Source of the DNA: Schizochytrium sp. TIO01
Taxonomy: Eukaryota; Protista; Bigyra: Labyrinthulomycetes
Direction of reading: 5' to 3'
DNA: 64,000 nt
Assembly (NCBI GenBank): GCA_004764695.1
Contig: SMSO01000004.1
Coordinates: 248,001 to 312,000, forward strand
Of this stretch, positions 44,101 through 57,300 are shown piece after piece. Within the stretch, counting starts at the first letter, position 1. Each line of letters starts with the position of its first letter. The notes under the pieces were generated by a model that saw only the letters and a list, made by a program, of their open reading frames with translations, ran no database searches and had not been told where the DNA came from. The position numbers and the translations under genes were made by a program.

Positions 44101-47100
44101 TTGCTTGATTGCTTGATTGATTGGGCATTTGAGAGACGACGCTTTAAGTTCTGTAAACAAAGGCCGTCAGATTCGGAGTCTGCGCTTTCGACAGGAAACG
44201 ATCCATCTTTCAAGATTGAACACACACCCAAAGTTGACAAATCGTCGATCTTCAAAGAAAACTTTAATGTTGTTTTGAATTTTTATAAATAAGATTAAAA
44301 ATTGAAAGAATGATGAGGATGAGAAAATCGTTATTTCTGAAGGTTGAACACACAATCAAGCGGCGAGCGGACCATGCAATTACAGGGCTCATTGCTTCAA
44401 ATTCGCTTCAAATGTCCGTGCCGTCAGTGCCGTTATGGTGTGGTGATGAATGGTGTTCTCTCGTATCAATGACCTCCTGTTCATTTGTCAACCCAACTCG
44501 AGGTGCAAGTTTAAAAAAAAAAATTTATAAAAAATATTCGCAATTTTTTTTCAAGTGATTTTATTTATATTTAAAAAATAAAATAAAAATATCAACGTTT
44601 GATTTTTAACCTTTAATTTACTTTTAACTTTGAAAATTAAATACTAAGAATTCATACATTCTCCTAAGAAAGGCGGCTCATTGCAGGGAGGTACTTTATG
44701 AGAATTTTTCTAATTAATAAATATATAAATAGGATTAAAATTTAATTTTAAATTTAAAAATAATTAATGAAAATATAGAGCTGCCTAAGCAGGAAGAAAT
44801 TGGTTCTGCTGACTGAGAACAACGAACTTCGGTATCTTCTTCGGTTCTGAAGATCGCTAAACCGCCCAAAGTCACTCTGAGTTCGCTGCTCGTGGCCAAG
44901 CCGGAGAACCTTGAGCAGGACGCCTTCAAGGCGGTCCCTAGACCGACTAGCCTCGTGGGCGATGTGGCCTGGCTTGCGAAAATGAGGGTTATTTGCATAC
45001 GCTGGGAGCGAATGGTGGTCCCGGATCATTCACTTAACTTGACTGACGAGACCAAGAATTTGCATGAAAGACTGTATTGGTTGAATTAATCGATCGAACT
45101 AAGTTCCCGTTCAAAGAGAGAGGATCTAATTCGCACTGCAGATTACCTCGAATGTGCATTTCAATGCCACGAAGAACCTTGAAAAAGGAACCAAGCAAAT
45201 GACCAAATTCATTGAATACACGACATTTTCCACAAATTTGAGCGAAGTCTCTTCATGATCGTCTCAAAAGCGAAATTGGACGCTGCGGCAAAGAGGACGT
45301 ACGTATCTTGAATTGGAGATGCAAAGAACAGCGTTCGGACAGAGATTATATCTGACAGAGTTCTCTGTTCTTGGCTACTGCCTAAGTTAAGTATGCATAG
45401 GCACCTATGTACTAAACATATAGATTACAAGAGAGCGCGCACCCTTTGGGGACTCTGCGCGCACCCTCTGGGGACCCTCGACGGTTCTCAAGCGAGTATG
45501 GAATTGCGATCAGCGAAACTCAAGATGAGTCGAGATTGAGCATCACAGCGGAGGAGCTGAGAATTGATACCTACATGGCGGTTGGCCATGCAGCCACCCG
45601 ATGGCTAGCACGGGACTCTGGAGAACTCATGCGCTGAGATTACAGTGTTTTGCAAGCTGGTGGATGCCAGTGGCTGGTAGCTGGCGTGGTAATTTTAGCA
45701 GTTATACGAAGCAGAGAGCCCTCATCCAAAATTACAGTTCTGCGTCATCCAGGTGGGTGTCAATCATGATTTGTGGAACCATGGTATTTGCAGAAAGCTC
45801 AAGCTCGTGATCGACGGATATTCGGTTTCTTGAATAACGCAGCGCACCTTCTTGCAAAACTGTTAATATATATTGATTGCATACCAGACGTCGGTTGTTG
45901 GAGCTATGATCTACGTTGGAGATTACCCCTGAGCAATCCTGCCATGATGTACACACGTACATTAGCAAGGCTGCGCTGCTCTGCCAGTCTCTTCAAGCCG
46001 AGGAAGCAATGGAATCGCCCGCCAGCCATCAACTCCCGCTCGCTCTTCGCAGTCCAGAGTGGAAGAAAGCAAAGGCGCGTGGCGGCACCCATGGGATCTG
46101 TGGTTTACCTGTCAAAGACGATGGGTGCCGCCAACTAGATTAACTCTTTCAGATTATGCTTTACCCCCTTGCTGTGTGGGAATTGCTCACGCTCCGGCGA
46201 GGGATCGTGGCGCCTGGGTGCATACCTTGTGGGTGCCATGAGCATCTCGGCTCTCTTTCGTCAGCGCTTGAACTTTGGCCCACATTTGATCATATTCTGT
46301 AACTTCACTTAGATGCACGTGCCTGCTCTGAGTGCAGGATGATGGAGCAGAGATTCCTTCCTTTGAGGTGGCTCACAAGCGGTTCGACGTGAGCGTCGTG
46401 CAGCACATGACACCGCCGTTGACGCCACGCATGCCATCTTCAAGTTCATTCGAAGACTTCTCCTGCTCATCTTGAGCTCGAATGGCAATGTTATGAAGTA
46501 AGTGGGTGGGTACCTGCGCTTCTGCACTTTTGTGTGATGTGCACAAACAAAAAAAAGAAACAGCCAACCTACGTGGATTGGCCCAATCAAACAAACTCTG
46601 CAGCGTCGAGCGTCGCGTCATCAACAAGCGAGGCAGCCTCACTCTCCGCCTTCGCGGTCATCACCATCGTCAGCGTAAGAATCGAACTCCAAGTTGTGTG
46701 TGCAGTCAACCAGTTTTCTTTGGTCTCTGGCACGTGCACGCTTAACTGCGCAACGTATGTTGGCTTCAGCTTTTTACTTCTTTCTTTATTAATAGGCACT
46801 ATAATTGTATGTAAAGGCAGAAGGTAATTAGCACTTTCACCATTCAGCTTGGGCCGCCAGGACTTCAGGGACCCGGAAAGTGTACTTATGTATGTACGTA
46901 TGTATGTATGTGTATATGTATGTTGGCTTGCCGAAAGTTGGCCTTGAAAGAGGTGGGAGCACGAGGTTACGGCCAGAGGGTCCGGAGATACACAACCTAA
47001 GCATTGTTCTGGGCGTTCAACGTGGCCTTTTCTACTTGAATTTGTAATCATTATTTTAATTAGTTCGTGCTGTAAAATGTAAATGCAAAAGAAAACAAAT

Positions 47101-49186
47101 GGTCCCTCGACAGAAGTTTTATTGTTGTTGTTGCTCATTTTTCTTCATTTTCGATACTTTATAATTATAAATAATAACAATCATAGTTTTTTAGTTTTTT
47201 TTAACATTGAAAAAGGAAAATGATAAACTTCTTTGAGGGCCTTTTAGAAAAACAGCTCTGCCATCTAGCTAGAGCAACTCGGGCGAGATAATGCACAACT
47301 TTAGGCCTCGTTTTGGTTCCTGCCAGGTCTACCAGTAGGTTATGATGACGCTCCTCAGGATTTCCATCTATTCGTGTTTGGCTTGAAGGTACCTCCTTTT
47401 TACATCTTGAACCTGGTACTTCCTTCCCAGAAAGAGAGCTTTCCGAGGTCGGTTCCATTCACTAATTCACTGATTCTCTAGTTCACTAATCCACTAATTC
47501 ACTAATTCACCAGTGGTCCGAACGAAGAAAGCCGGCGAAAGACAAGGTCGCAGCTATCGATTATGATTCGGAAACGGAGAAGCGAAGGTACCGAAGGAGG
47601 AGGGCGCTTTAACGAAATTGGCCACAGCTTCTTGAGCTGAGACGGGGAAACTTTGCCCCAAAGTTTCCCCGAGGGCAGGGTAAATCTTTTTGATGCACTT
47701 GAGAAACTTGCGCGAGCTACACTGCTCCTGTGGACAATGGCAATGAATGAAGTGCAGAAACTCGCAGTAACCTGAACAAGTCGCCCAATGCGGCACCTTC
47801 TCTTATCGTGGCCTCGAAACTTCTCGGGAATGACGCTCGCGAGCTCATACATACATACATTCATACCTACAGTGGTTCTAAGCCCTCCTCGCTCTCGAGA
47901 TGATATGAATTGGAGTCCATCAGACCACGGCTGCCCTCAAAGCTGATACTCCGCATGAAAACATCGTTGATCTAGACGTAGCAGCTGGCAGCGAAACGTA
48001 AACGATGTCACGGCGATGCACCAATGTCCCTGAAGCATTATAGAGATTGGTTGAGCTCTGAGGCTCAATGTAGAAGACGGGTACGTGCCAAAAAGCCGTT
48101 GCTTACTGTATACCTGTGTAAAAATGCAGTGATGTGGCTGTCCGAAGTTTTTCATTCTAGCTTTACTCTGTTTGAGACGCTGGTTCTGGTGGATGCAAAG
48201 CGAAATGGGGATGTTTTCAACACCAAATGAAACATGCCCCCTCGAAACGTCAACCTTGGCTTGGACCGTGACAAGGAGCTCCGGGATCACTTTTTTGATT
48301 TCTTCTCTTGGGGTATGAAACCACTTTTGCTGCAGTCCCCCGAAAAAGAAGGTCGCACCGGCCGCCTTCGACAACCCAAGCAACCAGCACATTACTTGAA
48401 AGGGCAATGCTCGACCCACTTGCTTAATAGTTTGTAGTGCAATGGTAAAGTGAGCCCGGAGCATCACGCTTACAAGTTTTTTTGACAGCGAAGGCAACTA
48501 CAAGCGTACTTTCATCCACTTTGGTTATTCATATACAATACGTTTATTTAGAGGTTCTTACATGCCACCTCGTACAATGAGTCATATGTTTCTTTGGATG
48601 AGATAAGTCTGTCATAGACTTAATTGTTGTAGCGATGGATGGAAAAAGCTCAGAAATGGGTTTCAAATAATTAGTCTTAGCAAGCTAAATGGCCAACCAA
48701 GAAATAATATTTGGGATACAGAAAAACAATCATCCTTATATAGATAGGAACTCGGAAAGATTCTCTAATGAAACGGATTACGTTCCGGACAGACCTTGGT
48801 TTCGTAAAAAGAAATTGAAGATCAATCGAATTTCGCTACAGTTGGCGTAAGTATGGACGGAAAATATCTTTTAAAGTAAAGTGTTATAATTCTGAGACTC
48901 TATGGAGCCGACAAGATATTTGCGAGAGCATTTTATTCTTGAAATTTGTCAGAGCAGGGGTATTACACATTGCACATCTCCAAACTGACAAACTGACAAA
49001 CCCCATATCAGCCTTAATTAACTTTCTAAATATAGTTCACGAAGTTCTTGGCTCAAGTTGTCGTAAAAGGGGTATTATTTTTATTACACATTGCAGGATT
49101 CCAAACTGACAGTTTTTCGTATTAAACCGGAATTACTTACTTTTGGGTGGAAATGCATAGGAGTGATAAACACAACGAGGTTGACT

Positions 49187-51354
49187 TTAGTTATTTGTTG
49201 TGTAACTCTTTAAAATTCCAGATGGCCGGTCTGTCAAAAGTCTAAACAATGTGTTGAAGTCTCGCACGTCTTTATTCATTTCATCCTTAGATGCATCTAT
49301 TTCTGGCATGTCAAAGTCAATAATACGAACTTCACCCACATGATTCAGTGATTCAGCACAAAATTTCTCAGTGCGTTATCCCTATGAGCTACCTTGAGTG
49401 AATGCACGGCATCAAGGGTAGCACGAGCTTTGTCATCATTTCAACACTAATATCCTCCATCGATAACTCATCAAGACACCTACCTTCAAAGGTAAGTGCG
49501 ATAATGAAGTCATTAAACATATGATAACCACCGGACAGGTAAAACGGGACAAAGGCTCCCCAGATGGGATGCAAAACCTCGTACACAGCCCTCTCATTTC
49601 GAAAGAGTTGAATCCCAAGAGCAGCATTCTTCGCTTCAGTCTCTTCCCTACTTAGATATTCATCCCTAACAAATTTTTGCGGATTTAGAACCTTGACGAG
49701 AGTATATACGCCGTTCGTCGTCACCTGCATCATGCCGCCAAAATGGCCATGTGAAGACTGGCAAATATTGTCATGAATGCCTCCGTAGTACTCGAATTGA
49801 TCTTGAGGGAAAGGCAGCGATTCACGAAGTTTTCGAAGAGGATCGGTGCTCCTGCAAAATCCTCTCTGAGAATGAACCCCAGTTACCATATTATCAGAAC
49901 CATCTAATGTATCAGAAACATCATCATCACAATCTTCATTTTCACCTTGCGTACTGTCAGCATCACGGCCAGATCTCCTGTCTTCGAGTTTGACATAGCA
50001 TTGTCTGAGCCCGCCGCATCAATACCGTACCCTTCTGCTAGTTCATATTGTACAGGTCTCGTCAAGATTGAAGCATTTTATCTGAAGGAATCTGCCCTGC
50101 TTTGAGAAGCATCTCCTTCGATAATTGCAGCCGAGAATCATTTTCCAGCACTGTTTCAAGAAGGCAAGCATGCTTTCTACTGGCCCAACTCTGTTGTACT
50201 TTAAACACCTTGAGATATGCAACTTTGTTCTACTTGTCGAGTTTCAGAAACCAAGTATGGTCGAAAGTACTTAGTACGTCATAAATGGTCATCGTACGAA
50301 TCATGTGCATATAAATCTGTATAATCGGATACCGAAGGTCGTCGGTGCGATTGTCGCGTGTATCTCCTTCTGCATCCTCCCAAAACTTGATCAAATCTTC
50401 ATAGGCCACTTTCAGATTAGTCCTACTGTAGTTCACCTGCTTTACCCATTTCATTGTGACAACTCAATCTTAACTTCAGAGTCCTTAAGAGGCCTCGTTA
50501 ACCTCTTTCTCTGTTAAAAATGCGTCGAGATCTTCAAACTACTGGGCAAGAAAAGGAAATGTGCGTGGGTTCTTGTGTTCGTGGGGTAGCACTGGATACA
50601 TCTGTAGCGGTAGCACAACCAAACAATTCAGACACTTTGAAAGGGCTTGATTTTTTAACATTCATTGTCCACAAATCATCGATGCGCAAAGCAGAGAGAC
50701 CATACTGTTGGGAACAATCCAGTGTTTGCCTAGGATCTTCACCTAATGTAAGCTATTGTAAAGTTTGTTACGAACGTCTTCATGAACAAGTTAACTGATG
50801 TGCTTTCCAAGGATCGTGTAGTAGAAACTCGTTGAGCTCTAAATGCGTGTTTTTGCACCTCGAGTTGGAGAGTGAGAGAACTCATTCTGGTTGCTAGTCC
50901 AACATCTTCGTCGAAAGTACTCCATTCAACAAGACGTTCAGGTCTCGTATGAATTTCAAATCGCACGCCTTCTTTGGCAGGAGGCTGCCCATTTGGTGCG
51001 TAGGATCGAAGAAGCTTCTCCGACATACCATATTCCTCTGCACCCTGATTTTTCATAAAGGAGCGCAGAGATGATAGCTTGTTTAGGTAGGTTGGTGGTG
51101 CCACCCCATCTTCCAATATAGGATTCTTCAATAGAGCATCAACTCATTTGATATTCACAGATTCGTCCTGTTTGCGCTTGTCAAGTTCCATCAATGCCTT
51201 CATTTCTCTCAATTAAGGACTAACTCCAGATGGAGATTGCTGTTTGCAAGAAATATATTTCACTATGCATGGGAAGAAGTAGTGCTAGATACCTCGCTTT
51301 GTTAACTGCTTGCTCGGCTTCCCGGTAATACTGCTTCATTTCATTAGATGACAT
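49187..51354 (-). pseudogene. Disrupted gene: restriction-endonuclease-like domain + acidic linker + protein kinase (Crinkler/CR-effector-type C-terminal architecture)
   Basis: Fragments across several frames: HTRPERLVEWSTFDEDV; PIIQIYMHMIRTMTIYDVLSTFDHTWFLK; acidic linker; SHGHFG...TLVKV; FRNERAVYEVLHPIWGAFVP; then after frameshifts LDAVHSLKVAHRDNALRNFVL and GEVRIIDFD. Multiple stops and frameshifts; 5' boundary approximate. Confidence 0.8.
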
Positions 51355-54300
51355 AATTTGCTAAGAACTATGATAATTTCATAGTATCTACGCTTCCATT
51401 CAATCAATAGTCTCAACACATAGGGCTTGACCTGTTGTAATGGTGAACTCTGATTCGTAGACCGTAGTTGTAAGAACGTCGAATATGTTTCACGTCGAAT
51501 CAAAAATTTATGTGGTTGTAGCTATTCCACCTTGAATGAGAAACTCTTATTCGAGATCTAGTGATAAGGTTAAGCAAAAATGCTTCAAGCAGATTAGAGG
51601 CTGCTACTCACAACTCTTAGCAAGCAATTGATCTTACAGTTAGATTCTATTCCTCATCTTGATCTTCGATAAATTTTGTCAAGCACGATAGATCAGTCAT
51701 AATATATATACTTTGTCAGGTGTATGGAAGCCCATACACATATACGACCATCAGTTCTAATCTCGCAATTCGTTGAATGTTTAAGAAGGCGAGACACCCA
51801 GTCCTCGCCTTGGGACGTGGCGTTCACCAGTGTGATGTCCCATTAAGCTCACAGACGCCCGCAATAGAATATAAATAGGGATAATGCAGACGATGGTTAG
51901 AGAGACAAGGAAAACTTAAGTCGCCGGTTCTGTAAAATAAAGACGATGCTTTTGTCTTAGTTTTCTAATTTAATACGAATCGCACCACCCTGAAGATTTC
52001 CCCTGGAGAACAGTATGTTGCATACTCTATAAGTGCTAGATTCAAAAACTTTTTCAACTAAACTCTAATCCTTCAAGCAACTTACTGGTTCATTGATTGC
52101 TGATCAGACCGCAATCTTCAGTAGGCCACACGATTCTTCAAACTTTGATCTCTGTTGCATCGTTTAATTTCTGCTGAGATCTCCAATCGAAAGAACTAGT
52201 GAGCAAGACATTGCTAGAGTTATTGGCGTCCCTTTGTGAAGCCCTCGTAGACACAGGGCTTACAATAGAGCAAGAGTAGGCAGACAAATTCATGTGGCTG
52301 TCAGGGTCAAGAATCAAAATAATGACTAAACATTACCTACATCCAAGTATGATGTAAGTTGAATCAATGGTTGAAGAAGTTGAATTAACCTAACCCCATC
52401 GATTATCTCTAACCACTTTCAAGAATGTCTTAACCTCCTTAATTACTACATGAATCCATCTGACCTGGGATTTATTCTCCACTACAGCAGTTTGCTAACT
52501 CTTGAATCAACCTTCTTAAAAAGACTTCATTAAGACCCTTGCCTTCATCTTTACAGTCAACCTCAAGCTGACCACAATCATCTTTCAGCAGTTTCTAAGA
52601 TAAAATTGTGTCCTGTGCAAAAGTGCAAAAACTTGTTGTCTTTGACTTGGGCATGTTTGTTTTGGTATTGGCATTATACAGCAAAGAGGAAGTAGATAAG
52701 AAAACAAGCTCATACCTCAATCCCATTGTCCCTGACAAATGGAAATTTGACAGGCTATTCTTCTACTTTTGTATCTTTATGGCGATTAATACTATCTTGC
52801 TTTCTTGTATAAGAGAGGCCATCTTCATCTTGCGATTCTTTTGAGTCTCTATAATTCCTTGTAAAGAAAGTACATGGTTTTAGAAACAAGTGATCTATGT
52901 ACACTTATATCTGGAAAAGGGAGTAGCAACACTGCAGGTAGAATGTCCCAATCTAAGGAGAAAGAGATTCTCCAGGCAATAGCTACAATGCATTGTTCTC
53001 CTTCTCACCTATCTTCAGATAAGCTGTAGATTTCCCTTAGAAATGTTGAAATTGCAAATTAATTTCCTGTATTTTGCGACAAGGAAATTTATCTATATAA
53101 TCAGGTCTACAGAGCTACTAAGAATATTGTAATTGACGTGGAATGTAAATATGGGACTTTAAGGTTATCTTGTTTCATACAGCATCGTATGAGAAAGATG
53201 ACGAATTTAGTCAAATGAACTTAGTTTGATAGATAATCTTACTGATTAAAGGATGAAAGAAACATGTGAACAAAGCAATACCATAATCTTTGCACACTAT
53301 TATAGTGCGTAAACTATTAAGAGTTGTATACGACAAGAGCTCCTCTTTCAGATACAAAGGCGAAAGGAGCTCGGAATTCTAGAGTGGAAGTGCACTATAT
53401 AATCATGGGAGTATGTAGGGATAAACGTGTCTAAATCAGTGGTTGAGAACGCAAATTAATCTGATTTCTTGCGTTTATGCAATACGGATACAATTTCTGT
53501 TAACTAGAGTATGAACCAGCCCACCTTGGTGTTCATCTCCAAGGTCGGCAGATCGACGACTCTATAAGCATAAGTAAACAATGTCCTCTTCAAAAAGAAT
53601 TATCGTGCATTACAAGTTCCTCGTCAACCTCTGACTGATCAGGTATCAGCTTTCAGCATTTACTAATAAAGTTAATCTTATGTTATGGATGAAATCTATC
53701 AATGTCGGGCTGCTATCTCTCTCTCCAGAACTTTACTATCGCCGCCCCTCGTAAGCAGGACATGATCTTCTTTTTGTGTCGCTTCGTTTTGTGCGTGCTG
53801 GCTTAGAATACAAACGTCTCAGATATCTATTGTTTTTCCTCACACAAGAACCCCTTAGGATTTGTCCGCAGGCTCCAAAGCTTGAAATACATCTCAACCT
53901 AACCATCCACCATACTTGTTCTGATCGAATATCATAAGGTTGAAGGTAAAGCAATCATTTTGTAAGTTACCCGATGCTATAATCATTCTATTCTGATTTG
54001 TACATTTCTTTCGTTGACCTTGAAAGTAATTGTTTGCTTGAGTTAGAGGTATCATATTAAAGCTTGAATCAAAGTCTCTCCTGAAGCTGCTATTTATAAT
54101 GATCAGGTATCCGTTTTTTTGGTATCAAACTCAGAAATGCGCTGAAAGCTTTCTGAAAAAGAGGTTCAAGGACCATCGCGGACAGTGAAACCATTAATTG
54201 CATTGCACGACCGTGCAGCGAGAAAACAGATCTGTACTCTCAGATCGATCCGCCCATGAAGTGCTATTTTTGCACTACTAGCAAGAACTACAGTGAAATG

Positions 54301-57300
54301 AGAGCCCACCAAATTCTTCAACATCTATGCCAGCCTGCACCACGGGAACTTGAACCACCTGAAATGGTCAAACGACTATTAACACCTAGCTCTTTGCACG
54401 CGACCCACCCCTTCTTGAGTTTAACTTGGCAATCGCATGGGTAAGCAGGTACTCGAATTGCAAGTCCGAAGTTCGCAATCCACTTTGAACACTTTTGAGC
54501 GAAAGTTTCCATCGCAAGTACGCATCGTCGGGGACTACATTGTGTTCCTCGCAAGCCAAGGGCGTGCCAGATTTTACGCAGTAGGTACGCATTGCCGCAA
54601 GGCTATCTCTCGACATTTTCCTCAGGCTTTCGTCGCGCGTTTCGCTGGGCTTCATAATTCCACCGCGCGTGTTTCTTGCGCTACTTACCAGATATTGCTA
54701 GTAGCAGCACGTGTTCTTTAGCACGCGTTCTCTAGCACGTGTTCTTTCGAAAGTTTCGTTCATCTCGCCACTCGAAGTTTTATGTCCTTTCTATACGCAG
54801 CTTCGTCGCATCATGGGCTCATCACGCATGGAAAGACGTCTCCGTCGAGTGAGTATGATGCAAACGCCATCGTCGTCGTTCATCGGACTCCGTGGCAATT
54901 TCGCAGCGCCTTGGAGTTCGAGCTTGGCGTCGGGATAGACCCAATCCGAGCCTTTCCGTAGCCAAGGTACAGGAACTGGCCGCCAAGAACTTCAAAACGT
55001 TCTTAATCCTGAAAAACCAAAGAGTAATGAGTCTTTATCTGAAATACCTGTAACTTCAGATTTTACGAAAAAAACAAACGAACAAACAAACAAACATACA
55101 TACATACAAGCAAGCGTCCTGCTACCACGAGTCCAGCATTTCAAGCCGCGTTGATTTCCATTCCGGCTCGGCTGGCTCTGATTGGCGCACCACTTCGAAT
55201 TGATCAAACATATAAAACTCAAGCAGGTGCGCCCAGCTCCGGCGATCCATAATTCGTTGCGCCTCCCCTTCTGGTCACGCCTGACCCTTGGCCGGGCAAG
55301 CGGAAGAACGGGCTTCTGGAGAGCCCAGCTACTCCGAGCGAACTTGAGCTGCATCCCGCCAACCGCCAAGGACAAGCCTGGATTGAGCCCCACTCAAGAC
55401 CTTAGGCCACTGGCTCGATTTGGCATAGCTTTGGTTTCAATTTGGGTGAGGGTGCAGTCAGGTAGTTTTAAGGCTGAAGCTTGAAATGATCACTCCAGAT
55501 CCAATATTTTATATTTTTAGTTTTAAAAATAAAACTGATATGGGTTTTTATAAGTTTTTATAATAAGTTATTTTTAAGGGAAAAGTCGAGAAAGAGGTAA
55601 AAAGATGAAACTCGCGTCCTTTCACAGAGCGGGAAGGGTTCTGGCATCGAGGGTTGAGCTCAAGCCTCATTCGCTATTTACGCGCGGTCTGGGCTGCCTC
55701 AAGACAATGCCCTCAGGAGTGAAGCCCTTCTTTATCGCTTCACTCTCGGGTTCTCCAAGTTCTTTCTTGGTCATGGATACTTGATCTGCAACCAACCGAC
55801 GATAACGAACTCCTTTGCCCAAGAACCCTCAGAGAACCCTCAGGGAACCATTGGAACCCTCAGAGCCCCGTTCGTTTCCTGCAGAATCTCGAGCGCCTTC
55901 AAGATATCCTCAACCTGAAGACACCAAATGCCTTCTCTCGGTCCGTGACAGTGCGTGGAGACTCGAGAGCACCACGCGAGAGCATCGCTCGGTTCGACGG
56001 CCTAAACCAACACTCATCTCGAGCCTCCGGCTTTGACTCGAACTTCTGGGTCAACTTTATCATACTCTTCGCATACTTTGCAGCAGCGCGTGCAAAGCTA
56101 TAAATAAACCTGCAACGCGTAAAATCCATCCACAAGCCTGAAGGTGAATGAATCAGTGAACCAGTTCAAGCTTGAGGAATCAATCAATCGATCGATCGAT
56201 CAAGCAATCAATCGATAGCCGGATGTCAAGTTTATAGTTCTACTTCATCTTGGTTCTTCAGTTTCGATCGATGGGGAAGTCGCAGCGGCTGTAAATAGTA
56301 TCGATCTGTCCTAGTTTGTTCTATTTTATTCCGTTTGTTTATTTTTCTTTTTTCTATAGTACAAATTCTGTTCTTCTTCTATTCTGTAAAGTTCTGTTGG
56401 CATATTCTATTCTGTAAAGCTCTGTTTACAGTATTCTATCCACAATATCTTATTCGGGCTGGAAGAGGCCGAGCCGCTTGATCCGCTTGATCGGGTCGGC
56501 TTCCGAACGCCTCGTTGCTGCTGGGATAAGATACGCAGTGAGCTTTAACTCGAATCTTCGACGGCTTTGAAGGTCCTTACTTCAAGATCTTTGGCGGAAT
56601 TCCACGGCACCAAAAGGGTTTTCACGTTTCGACTTAAGATCTTCTTCGAGCAATGAACGATTTTCAGAAATTCGAGTTCTTCATTTCTCCACTCCGACGA
56701 CCCAAATCGCATCCAAGCGACGCGAATCTAGGCCGCCTCTTTGGGGACACTCTGCACCTTCCGGCACTTCGGCTTTTCTTTCTCCATCGTAATATAATAT
56801 CGGACCATCTCACGCTGATGCCTCAAGTGGCATTTAAGTCCCTTGAGAACCCCCTCCCGGTGCTCCCCAAGAGGGGGCGTACTGCGAGTGTTGGTGAACA
56901 ACGCATAAAAGGTCCTTATCTTGCGAAACTAAGCCTGCGTCCCAGCTCCTCATTAAGTCCCTGAACACCCCCCACCTGCGGCGCTCACTTTTACGCTGTC
57001 CGCTTTTTCTTCTTCTTCCTTTTCCCTTCTTCCTCTGTTTTCCTCCAACATAAGTTTAAAAATAAATAAAAAGAAACCAAAACAAAAAAGCAATGAAGAG
57101 TCAATGATTCATGTCAATCTTGAGAAACTCGAAGTTGTTATCCGCTCGAAACCTGTTTCTTCGAGGCACTCCTTTGCGGTCCAAGACGAAACTCCGACTC
57201 TCTTCTGAGCCGTCGGCCCTGTTTCGACGCAGAATCTTGATACGCTTTCTTCACGATGAATGCATTCATTCGTTCGTTGATTGACTCCGCACGTGACTCG

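Noticed and set aside
47937-48497. 186-aa minus-strand ORF and two plus-strand ORFs
   Set aside because: No recognisable motifs in either direction; the long ORF has a non-ATG start
54256-54444. CxxC...H...H pattern resembling a C2H2 finger
   Set aside because: Spacing is off (11 residues), the ORF is only 62 aa and isolated; likely chance
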